DNA of 64,000 nt, from positions 1 through 64,000 of IMG/VR virus record IMGVR_UViG_3300007351_000277; one strand, 5' to 3'. The notes under the pieces are model-generated. The model did not search any database. It was not told the origin of the DNA and worked only from the letters and a program-made list of their open reading frames with translations. A program made the translations under genes and the position numbers. The DNA comes from a virus. Shown here in pieces: positions 1 through 9,100 of this stretch (positions within the stretch are counted from its first letter, which is position 1; the number at the start of each line of letters is the position of its first letter).

Positions 1-994
1 AGCCACAACCTGTACAAAGGAACTGAGATTGAGTCTTACGATTAGCTTTATCGATACAACCACAGATAGGACAGAGACGAGAGGTGTTGCGAGGATCGAT
101 AGCAACAACCCTAACGCCAGCCATCTGCGCCTTGTACTGGACAAAGCCGCGCAACTGAGCAAAGGCCCACGAGTGGATTACCTTCCGCTGTGCCTTCTTA
201 ACCGTAACTCGTTCGCGAATACCCTTGAGGTCTTCAAGAGCAATCCCACGTCCGGTGTCTTTGGCACGAGTAATCAGTGCCTTGCTGATGCAGTGGTTGA
301 TGTTCGTTTGGAATCGGCGTTCGCGTCCTCGTCGCTTCTTGAGAAGCCGTTTGGCAGAGCGCGTACCTTTTCGCTGGAGCTTGCTGCGCAGACGAGAGAA
401 GCGGGCGCGCACGTTGTTGATAGCCTTACCACTGAAGGTATCGCCATCCGATGTGACAGCAATGTTCTTGATCCCCAGGTCCACGCCAAGAAAACTGTCA
501 GGGTTGATAATCGGTGGCTCTTCGACATTGCAGATTTGGTGGAGATAGTAAATACCATCACGATGTACAAGGTCAGCCTCGCCCTGCATGGTACGAAGAA
601 GTTCGAGCTGTTGCTCACCACAAACAAACGGGAGGCGTTGGCGACCGTCTATTGTCCACAGGCTGATAGTCCTATCTGTCAGTCGCCAGGAGAGAATGCG
701 CTCATCGTAAGCAATGCTACCGAGCGTAGCAAAGACACGCTGACGCTTCCGATCTATCTTGTAAGCATCAGCCACCTTCGCAATGCAGCGCACAGCCATC
801 TGTGCAGAAAGGCCAAAGCGTTCGCGTATCTCATAGTAGCAAGCCTTGTGCAGATCGTATTGGCGAAAGGTGCGAGTATCCCAAGCATGTTCAGATACAT
901 AATTAGCAGCAGCATTCGACGCTTCCATTGTGCGCTTGAGGCTTTGGGCTTGTTCGCATGTCGTTTCGAGTTTGACCTGGGCGATCAGTTTCAT
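1..994 (-). CDS. tnpB: IS200/IS605-family TnpB (OrfB) RNA-guided endonuclease, 3' end cut by window edge
   Basis: Absent from the ORF track because no stop lies inside the window. Hand reverse translation from ATG (complement of cat 992-994) gives MKLIAQVKLETTCEQAQSLKRTMEASNAAANYV... The codons at the window edge read ...GVRVVAIDPRNTSRLCPICGCIDKANRKTQSQFLCTGCG, the RuvC/zinc-finger end typical of TnpB. Track ORF 29..1006 (+) is its antisense shadow. Confidence 0.85.
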   Translation of the reverse strand, partial: MKLIAQVKLETTCEQAQSLKRTMEASNAAANYVSEHAWDTRTFRQYDLHKACYYEIRERFGLSAQMAVRCIAKVADAYKIDRKRQRVFATLGSIAYDERILSWRLTDRTISLWTIDGRQRLPFVCGEQQLELLRTMQGEADLVHRDGIYYLHQICNVEEPPIINPDSFLGVDLGIKNIAVTSDGDTFSGKAINNVRARFSRLRSKLQRKGTRSAKRLLKKRRGRERRFQTNINHCISKALITRAKDTGRGIALEDLKGIRERVTVKKAQRKVIHSWAFAQLRGFVQYKAQMAGVRVVAIDPRNTSRLCPICGCIDKANRKTQSQFLCTGCG

Positions 995-1007
995 GGCAAC
1001 CTGTAAT

Positions 1008-1022
1008 GTTCAAGTCTTGAAC
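1008..1022. repeat. perfect 7+1+7 palindrome GTTCAAGTCTTGAAC just upstream of the tnpB start
   Basis: Read directly from the sequence. It lies between a possible - strand promoter (TTGACT-N18-CATACT, complement of 1025..1054) and the tnpB ATG. A CCCCG/CGGGG hairpin follows at about 1078..1097. The position fits an IS605-type left-end or leader structure. Confidence 0.4.
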
Positions 1023-1121
1023 AGAGTATGGCACAAACGTTCTGCGGAAGTCAAGTGAAAGGAGATGGTGCATTCATCCCCGCATTAAAAGACGGGGTAT
1101 CCTGCGCTAACGTAAATCCAA

Positions 1122-1490
1122 ATGAAACGCTACAAGAAGATTCGGTATCGATGTCGTGGACGCAACATTCCCTGCAATGACCCAGATGATCCCATGGTGC
1201 AGCAGTGGGCACAGGCAGCGGAACTGGCCCGTAGTCCCAAAACACCACTGATGGTGCTGGAAAAGCTGGCTGACTCACCGGAAGAAATAGTGCTTATCGC
1301 TCTTATGGCTAACTCTCAATTACCTATGTCGCTTTGGCGAAAGCTGGCGTTTCATCGGGGGGTCGATGTGGCAGAGGCCGTGATGGAAGCGGAATTGTGC
1401 CCCATGGCTGTCTTGATAGACGCAGCCAAGCATCATCCCAGCAAACGTATACGTAACGTTGCTGGTAACATTTTAGGATGGCAAGAATGA
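1122..1490 (+). CDS. hypothetical protein; small terminase by position only
   Basis: 122-aa ORF that overlaps the terL start by 13 nt. It has helical-repeat-like segments (SPKTPLMVLEKLADSPEEIVLIALMANSQLP). No diagnostic motif. Confidence 0.4.
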   Translation: MKRYKKIRYRCRGRNIPCNDPDDPMVQQWAQAAELARSPKTPLMVLEKLADSPEEIVLIALMANSQLPMSLWRKLAFHRGVDVAEAVMEAELCPMAVLIDAAKHHPSKRIRNVAGNILGWQE

Positions 1491-3022
1491 CCACCGCGAC
1501 AGATTTCTGGACCAAAATCCAATGCGACCCCGTAGAAATGTCACGGGTCGCTAGCGAGTTGCGCAAGTGCATCGAAAGTTTCGACTACTACATGGAAAAC
1601 TACGTCTACATCCTGGATAGGCAGAAGCAGGCCAAAGTCAAGTGGCATCACTGGCCCTGCCACCGTCAGTTCGTGAAGGCAGTGCAAAGTAACAAGTTCA
1701 CCATTATCCTCAAAGCACGCCAACTAGGTATCTCGTGGATGTCGGTGGCTTATGGCCTCTGGCTTACTACGCTGCATTATGGTAGTACGGTAGCGGTGTT
1801 TTCCCAGCGTGAGGAAGAAGCATCGGACCTGCTTAACCGCGCCGAGTTCATCTACAATAACCTGCCCCCCTTTCTGCAGCCTGGCGTGAAAAAGAGGAAC
1901 GAGACCGAGTTTTCCTTCAACGATGTGGAAAGTGGCTTCAAGGCTTACCCTGCCAAGGGGAACGCTGGACGTTCGCAATCCGCGACCCTTGTGATCTGCG
2001 ACGAGTGGGCACACCATCCCGAGGCTGAGGAACAGTGGTCAGCTATGTTGCCTATCATTAACGAGGGCGATGCCAAGTTCGTTGGGGTTTCCACGGCCAA
2101 CGGCGCCGGTAACTTCTTCCACTCTACCTGGCAGGCTGCATCGGAAGGCGAGAACGACTTTACGCCTTTGTTCTTCAGTTGGCGAGCCCGTCCTGATCGT
2201 GACGAAGAATGGTACGAGCGTACCCGTAAGAATATGAAGCGTGAGTTGTTCTTGCAGGAATATCCGAACACCCCACAAGATGCGTTCCGTCAGACCGGGT
2301 CGCCATTCTTCGATGCTGAGTTTTTGAAGATTACGGCGCTGTACAGCACCCCTATACCATTTAGTCAGTTACCCCCTGATATCCAGTTGGATTCGTCGAT
2401 TCAGGTATTCATGCTGCCTAAAGCGGGGCGAAAGTATTGTATCGGGGTTGACATAGCTGAGGGCGAGCCGGGGGTAACCAAGACCGACGCTACCGATATA
2501 ACGATAGTTGACTGGGAAGCCAACACCGAGGTGCTACACCTCAATGGTCGTTGGCGAGTGGATAGGCAGGGCGAGATGATCAATGCGCTGGCACGGTTCT
2601 ACACACCCAGTGTGGTGGGGATCGAACGGAACGGTATCGGCGTGGCGGTTATCAAGAAGTGTGAGGACCTGAGCACACCAGGACTCTATCGGGATACGCC
2701 ATTACTGCGTAAGCCGGGCGAGCCTGAAAGACCCGGTAAATATGGGTGGGTTACGTCAGGTTTCAACAAGTCGGTTATGCTCGAGGACTTGGAAGAGGCA
2801 TTGCGGATGGGCTACCACCGGGTAGCCTCGCAGAAGTTCATCGACCAGGCAACGGTGTTTCAGTACCTTGGTGGTGACAAATATGGCGCGCCAAGGGGCT
2901 TCTTTGACGATGCGGTGATGAGTCGGGCTATCGCGCTGCAGATGCGCAAGCATATCCGACAGGCACCCGTGGTGGGATCGAGGGTAAGTAAGCGTAGTCC
3001 TGCCTTTGTGCAGGTTGCCTAG
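1478..3022 (+). CDS. terL: terminase large subunit
   Basis: 514 aa. Walker A-like ILKARQLGISW, Walker B-like TLVICDEWAH, and a C-terminal nuclease-like region (CIGVDIAEG, VVGIERNGIG). Confidence 0.9.
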   Translation: MARMTTATDFWTKIQCDPVEMSRVASELRKCIESFDYYMENYVYILDRQKQAKVKWHHWPCHRQFVKAVQSNKFTIILKARQLGISWMSVAYGLWLTTLHYGSTVAVFSQREEEASDLLNRAEFIYNNLPPFLQPGVKKRNETEFSFNDVESGFKAYPAKGNAGRSQSATLVICDEWAHHPEAEEQWSAMLPIINEGDAKFVGVSTANGAGNFFHSTWQAASEGENDFTPLFFSWRARPDRDEEWYERTRKNMKRELFLQEYPNTPQDAFRQTGSPFFDAEFLKITALYSTPIPFSQLPPDIQLDSSIQVFMLPKAGRKYCIGVDIAEGEPGVTKTDATDITIVDWEANTEVLHLNGRWRVDRQGEMINALARFYTPSVVGIERNGIGVAVIKKCEDLSTPGLYRDTPLLRKPGEPERPGKYGWVTSGFNKSVMLEDLEEALRMGYHRVASQKFIDQATVFQYLGGDKYGAPRGFFDDAVMSRAIALQMRKHIRQAPVVGSRVSKRSPAFVQVA

Positions 3023-3030
3023 GGGGGAAA

Positions 3031-4893
3031 ATGCCAAGGTTTGACATAAAGGACCCGTCGAGTATTGTTTCCTATGCGGACCATCTGGAAGAGTTCTACC
3101 AACCACGAAACGATACCATGGTAGACCACCAGAAACTCTATAAGCTGGACCCTACTGTGCAGGCGGGCACGGGGCATACTGCTATTACGGAAAACAATCC
3201 ATGGGTGATTGTTAACTTCGCTACATCTATCATTGCCATGCGCCCTCCGCAGCACAAGGTTCCGCTCGCGTTTGGTGCAGGCGATCACGAACTAAATGAT
3301 TACCGTTCGGCTGAACTGGAACGCTACCTCATCAGTATCTGGAATAACGTGGATAAGCAGCAGCGTTTACAGAAGCATTCCCGGTTCGATTGGGAACTGT
3401 CCTTCTACGCAGTGCTGCGAGGATGGGTCGCGGGGGTGGTAGCGTGGGACGATGAGAACCCACAGTTCCCCTTTCATATCAAACTTTGGGACCCTTACCA
3501 CGTTTATCCCGATCCCGATATCTCGGACCTGATCATCCGTCGTTATCGTCGTTCAGCCGCGTCGGTCATCGATGAGTATCCTGCGCTGGACGGCAAGATA
3601 GACGACGACAAGCATAAGGACCATGATATCATCGAGATATTTCATCGGGACAAACATGGAATACTGGTGGGCAACGAGTGGGCCAAGCCGATGACGGAAC
3701 ACGATCTGGGCAGGCCCCAGGTGATCATGATCCCCGTAGGCCCCATGCCTATTCGGTCCCTGGCGGGAAAGTACAATCGTACCGAGAGCATCAGCAGGTT
3801 GGGTGATAACTCATACACCGGTTACATGGGACAGGGCATCCTGTTTCCCGTGGTGTCAGCGCAGAAGTATCAGAACCTGCTGGCCAGCCAGATAGCGGAC
3901 CTCGTGCAGCAGTTCAGCCAGCCAGCCATCATCGTAAAAACCGATGAGGGGCAACCGGTCGATATCGAGACTACCCCCGGTGTTACCATTGGAATGAAGC
4001 CTCATGAGGGGGTGGACTTTGCGCGACCCAACACCTTCCCCCCGGACCTTATGGCTTGGATGCAGCGACAGGCTTCCATGATCGAGCGAGGGTCGTTCCC
4101 GAACGTCATGTATGGGGCCACGCCACACGAAATGTCCGCTCTGGCGCGAAGCCTGATCCATAATGCCGGCGTTATGCGTATAGAACCAGCCATTGACGCC
4201 TGTACCTTCTTCTATGAAGCTGCCGACGCTTTGATTCTGGAACAGACGGAACTGTACGCCACCGACCGAACCGTCAATATGCGGGGCACCGACTATCTCA
4301 ACAAGCCCTTTCGTGCTGTCAAAAGTCTGTGGGAAATAAAGAACCTTATCCAGAACGATTACGAAGTAGTGGTAGACAAAAAACCCTTCCTGCCCCAGGA
4401 TCGTGCAGGCAATGTTCAGATGGCAGGGATGATCAAGCAATATGGCATATGGGACAACAAGACTATCAACGATGTTCTGTTTTCTGAGGACGTACACGAC
4501 CCACAGGGGGTAGAGCAAAGGCTGATAGATGAGAAGGTACGGAACAACCCCGAGGCCATTGCGCTGTTGGCTGAGACCACTGCACCCATCACGGTATCCC
4601 GTAACCTGAGACTACAGCTCGAGCGCGGCAACATCACCCGTGAAGAGTTCAACATGGCCATGTCGATGCTGAACGTCAAGGTGGGGATCAAAATCGAAAC
4701 CGAGAGCAAGATGCTGGGCGAAGTAGCAGCGCCGGTGCCAGCGCCTAGCCAGATACTTGGACCTAGGGGGCAACCGATAAACCGGGATGAGATGTTGATG
4801 GCGCAAAGAGGGCAACCACAACAGACGCCACCGGAATTTCTATCGCCACAACTACAGGGGGCGGACTTCCCGCCCGGCATCGCAGAGGAGTAG
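3031..4893 (+). CDS. portal protein (by position and size)
   Basis: 620-aa ORF starting 9 nt after terL, with RBS GGGGGGAAAATG. Size and synteny are typical of a portal. No motif-level proof. Confidence 0.7.
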   Translation: MPRFDIKDPSSIVSYADHLEEFYQPRNDTMVDHQKLYKLDPTVQAGTGHTAITENNPWVIVNFATSIIAMRPPQHKVPLAFGAGDHELNDYRSAELERYLISIWNNVDKQQRLQKHSRFDWELSFYAVLRGWVAGVVAWDDENPQFPFHIKLWDPYHVYPDPDISDLIIRRYRRSAASVIDEYPALDGKIDDDKHKDHDIIEIFHRDKHGILVGNEWAKPMTEHDLGRPQVIMIPVGPMPIRSLAGKYNRTESISRLGDNSYTGYMGQGILFPVVSAQKYQNLLASQIADLVQQFSQPAIIVKTDEGQPVDIETTPGVTIGMKPHEGVDFARPNTFPPDLMAWMQRQASMIERGSFPNVMYGATPHEMSALARSLIHNAGVMRIEPAIDACTFFYEAADALILEQTELYATDRTVNMRGTDYLNKPFRAVKSLWEIKNLIQNDYEVVVDKKPFLPQDRAGNVQMAGMIKQYGIWDNKTINDVLFSEDVHDPQGVEQRLIDEKVRNNPEAIALLAETTAPITVSRNLRLQLERGNITREEFNMAMSMLNVKVGIKIETESKMLGEVAAPVPAPSQILGPRGQPINRDEMLMAQRGQPQQTPPEFLSPQLQGADFPPGIAEE

Positions 4894-4945
4894 ATACAGA
4901 CGGACTAAACTATAAACGAAGACCTAAACGAGGGGGTGGCTAACA

Positions 4946-5746
4946 GTGGCTACATATTATGAGGAACCGGTACCTGGTGGGGGAACGCAAACTACGCAGA
5001 CAGGAGCAGCGCCTGGGGGAACAACGATGGGCGCATATCAGCGGTGGTTGCAAGCATTCAATGCTGCACCAATAAACTGGGGGGGCATATACGACGTTTA
5101 TGAAGGACGACCAGGAACTCGACCTGGGGACGAGGGAAAAACTTACTCAGCCAAAGAAATAGCTGATTGGGAACAGAATGTGGCAAATGCTGCTTTTAGG
5201 CAGAAGATGGCAGCATCGGGGGCACAGCGCAAATTGGCACCGTGGGTACGGGCACGTATGCTAGAGGGGGTTGGCGAATCTGCCATTGCGCAGGATGACT
5301 TCTCTCGCTTGGGACAAATGTCCAAGAGGGTTCTCGGTGGTGAGGATCAGGCTGCGTTGGGCGGCACGTTGCTAAACCGGGATATGGAAACGCAGCTGCA
5401 GGGTATTTTGGCTAATTACCTTCAAGCCCAACGTGTACCTGCTGGGCAGAGGTATGCGGATAGTCGTTCTAATTTGGACAGTATACGACAGTACCTGGCA
5501 CGGGTGGACGCGGGGACAATGCCGGAAGGGGACTATGTGCCCCAGGCCATATATCAAGATCCCGCCAAGGCATTGGCCATAGCACAGATGGCGGTACGGT
5601 CCTCGGGCTATGGTAATCTCTGGGGTGATTACCTGGCACGACGTATCGCAGATTCCTATAGTGACTATATGGCTGGTGTTCGTCCTGCAGGACGTGGCGA
5701 CCTGGGCGTTGGGGAATGGCTACTGACTACAGATTGGTTGCGATGA
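4946..5746 (+). CDS. hypothetical head-module protein
   Basis: 266-aa ORF with a GTG start after GAGGGGG. No recognisable domain. Confidence 0.5.
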   Translation: MATYYEEPVPGGGTQTTQTGAAPGGTTMGAYQRWLQAFNAAPINWGGIYDVYEGRPGTRPGDEGKTYSAKEIADWEQNVANAAFRQKMAASGAQRKLAPWVRARMLEGVGESAIAQDDFSRLGQMSKRVLGGEDQAALGGTLLNRDMETQLQGILANYLQAQRVPAGQRYADSRSNLDSIRQYLARVDAGTMPEGDYVPQAIYQDPAKALAIAQMAVRSSGYGNLWGDYLARRIADSYSDYMAGVRPAGRGDLGVGEWLLTTDWLR

Positions 5747-5752
5747 TCTTCT

Positions 5753-5786
5753 ATAGGTCCTCTGGTGTCAATACCAGAGGACCTAT
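5753..5786 (+). promoter_or_regulatory. 13-bp perfect inverted repeat hairpin (ATAGGTCCTCTGG / CCAGAGGACCTAT, 8-nt loop)
   Basis: Read directly. It starts 7 nt after the stop of 4946..5746 and has no T-run after it. It covers the GTG 5765 start proposed by the ORF track. Confidence 0.4.
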
Positions 5787-6181
5787 CCCCTGCCTTTCGA
5801 TACAATGACCCGGGGGTTAGACGTGAGATGGCGAATTACCAGAACTCGATATGGACCAATCTAAAACAACAGTATCCCAGCTACGCTGGGGCATATGCTG
5901 GCTTGGTGGACCCCGATTTTGGTGAGGAAAAGCCAGATGCTGCATATTCCCTGTGGCGACAATATCAGAAGCAGAGTAACCCCTACCAAAACTGGCTGCG
6001 TAATCAACAGAACAAGTACTACTCTGATTACATGGGTGCGACTTATCTTGAGCCTGGACTGATGTGGCAGGACTACTTGCAAGCACTCAAACCTGACCTC
6101 GACTTCCGTACTGCGTCCCCCTACGAACGTGGTGAACGTCCCAGTGCGTTTGCCACCAGAAGTCGGTGGGTAGGATTCTAA
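5765..6181 (+). CDS. hypothetical protein (start uncertain)
   Basis: 138-aa track ORF. GTG 5765 lies inside the hairpin, and in-frame ATG 5828 (MANYQNSIW) is an alternative start. Confidence 0.45.
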   Translation: MSIPEDLSPAFRYNDPGVRREMANYQNSIWTNLKQQYPSYAGAYAGLVDPDFGEEKPDAAYSLWRQYQKQSNPYQNWLRNQQNKYYSDYMGATYLEPGLMWQDYLQALKPDLDFRTASPYERGERPSAFATRSRWVGF

Positions 6182-6199
6182 GGTTAAGAGGGTAGGGAT

Positions 6200-9100
6200 T
6201 TGGATATCTTTGACATTCTTGAGAGTTGGGGTGAGTCCTTTAATAGGGCTCTCGATTGGGGCGAGGATGATCCTCGCCTTCACGATATCCCGACCTATAC
6301 GCCACGGGATATGGGCTATGATGGCACGCCCGAAACCGATCTCAATACTGTAAGTACACAGGACCTGTACCCTCGGGACTTCACCCCCTTCAGTGACTTT
6401 CTGTCCCAGTTAGCACCCGAGCCTGAGCCACTACCTGAACTTGAGCCAGAGTGGGTGCCCCCACAGGAAGCAGCACCCGAGCCTGTGCCTGAAATCAAGA
6501 TACCTGACTACCGGCCGTTTTCTCAGGAACCTACGGACCTTGGCGAGAAATTGTACCGTAGCATCATGAGTGGCTTCGGGGACTTCCTTGCCACATCAGC
6601 CTCAGCATCTGATCTGTTCCGTAAGGTCGTTCCGTTGCCGGAAGCACCACAGAAGCAGTTGGCCAATGCGGTGTTGGAACGCCTGGGGTTTGCACCGTTG
6701 GTCTCACAGGAATCCGTAGATATCGACGTAGCTGAGAAAACACAGGAACTGGGGGAGACCTTACGAGAAGAAAACTACGTTGAGCCTACTGAATGGACGG
6801 GATGGGAGTCACTAGCGGACCCCGAGTTTCTGGCAACCACGGGTGCCCGTAGTCTTGCTTTCGCGGCGCCCCTGATGGCTGCCAGCACCGTCGCGGCGCT
6901 AACAGCCCCGCTGTGGGTGCCAGCTGGACTTCCTGCTGGTGGCGCGGCTGCGGTATCGGTGTTGGGTGCGGTAGTGGCACCACGAGTCTTCGAGTCGCTG
7001 CTGGAAGCTGGTGGTACGTATGAGGAATCCTTGGCGCGCGGTATGAGCGATGATGAGGCTGTAGAAGCAGGAAAGAAGACCTTCATTGCCAACATGCCAT
7101 TGAGCGCACCGGATGCACTGCAGATGCTGTTGACGTTCCCCGGACTATTCAAGGCTGTACCGTTGCAGGCACGCAAGGCTGTGGTGACGAATCTCATGGG
7201 CCAGTTCGGGCAGAAGGGCGTAGGTGCTGCTAAGCTGCTGGGCGTGGCGGGTTCTGAGGCACTTGAGGAAGTAGCACAGGAAGCTATTGGCAAATGGTCG
7301 CTTGGGGACCCGGTGCAGTGGGATAAAGAGATGGAACAGGCAGCGGGCATTGGTGCGTTGCTGGGCGGTGGCATGTATGGTGGGGGCACTGCTGCACAGC
7401 GTCTTGTTAGCCAGGGTGCGCCACCGGTGGGGCTAAGCATCGAGGACGTAACCCGTGTGGACCCTAGCGAAGCGCAAAGGCAATGGAAGTCATGGCGTGC
7501 GATGATGGAGCGTGAAAATAAAGAATTTGATGTGTGGTCTTTTGGTGGGGAAGCGCCAAAACGATATCGTCCCCAAGAAACAGCACAGCTAACTCAGGAA
7601 CAGCACGAACGAGCAAGGGATACTTGGCGTAATGCGCTCATGTCAGATTTGCTGGGCGGGAAGACGGTACCAGAAAGTACAAAAGCAGAGTACATGAAGG
7701 CGCGACAGAAGCTAGAGTTTGAGGGGCGTTCCGGTAAGCCTGACAAGTCTATGAGGGAAGATTGGGGCGACCAGTATGACGAGATGGTAGATCGGGCCAA
7801 GGAATATGGTCTACCTGTGCGTGGCAAGGCTGCTCGTGCAGAGGAAGTGGCATCCCCCGTAACCACAGTTGAGGCGCCAGCGTCCTCACCCGTTCCCGAT
7901 GTTGCTGCTGGCCAGATGCCACGCTCGCCTGACTTGGCAGCGATGGAAGCAGAGACGGTGGCTAAGCAGCCTTGGGAGATGACGAGAGATGAGTGGGGCC
8001 TGAAAACAAACACACGTAAGGTTAGGTTCCAGAAAGCAAGCACAAAGGATGATGTTGTTGAGGTCTCCCCGTGGTTAGCCCTATCTAATCTGCGTGTGGG
8101 CGAGTCGTTCACTATTGGTCGAGACAAGTCTTTTACAGTCAAGTCCATTACCGATAAGACACTGACTCTTGTTGATGATAAAGGGAAGCAGTTGCGATTG
8201 GATGGATTGCCCGGCAGTCCTCGCGTCAACAGCTTCCTTCGTGATGTAGAGGACGAACTATCTATGGCCAGAACGACTCAATCGTACGAGTCAATATTCC
8301 GTCTCAATACAAAGCCCACGCCTAAGCATCCACTTCTGGTTGCACTTGAACGTGATCCGGTAATACAACACAGGGCGTTGGTAGTGCAGGCAATACGTGA
8401 AGGCAAGCCTGTTCCCCCCGAAGTGCTGGCTGACTACCCCGACCTGGCAGCGCAGTATGGCAAGGCAGAGACGGTCACGCCTACCGAGCCAGTTGCGCCC
8501 CAGCCAGAGCCAACCGTGACGCCAGCAGTCGAGACGCAGGCTGCGGAACTTCTGGACGTGACCCCCGAAGTCGCAGCAGGGGAAGAGGTGGAAGCGACAG
8601 GTGCTGCACCATTGGCACACAAGTATTGGCCGGTATGGGAACCAGTTCCTGGGCGCAAACCGTGGCGCATTCGAGACATGGAAACGGGTGAAAATATTAG
8701 GAACAAGAGCGGGAATGTGCTTGCCTTTGAGAGTGACGAGAAGGCATCCGAGCATCGCGACAAGATTGAGGCTACGTGGCGCAAGCAGCAGGGAATTGAT
8801 ATCCCGACAAACGAGCCACTGCCTGAATATGCCGAGTGGCAGAAGATGCAGCAGGCTGCTGGTGAGCCAGTCCCCACCGGAACAGCCCCAGAAGTAACCA
8901 GCGCAATTCCCGAAGGTGGCCAGCCTACTTCAGTCCAATTGGCTGCAGCAAGCGAGGCGCGCCCTGCGCCTGACTTGACACCAGAGCCTATAACGCGGCA
9001 AGAGCCTGTGGGTACGATTGATTCTGGTCAAGCTACGACCCGACCGATGGCAGAAGATGTTTCGTTGCCAGTGGACCTGCAGGGTGCCAAGCCTACATAC

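Noticed and set aside
29-1006. 325-aa + strand ORF at the left edge
   Set aside because: It is the antisense shadow of tnpB. The - strand frame gives a textbook TnpB sequence, while the + strand product has no recognisable features.
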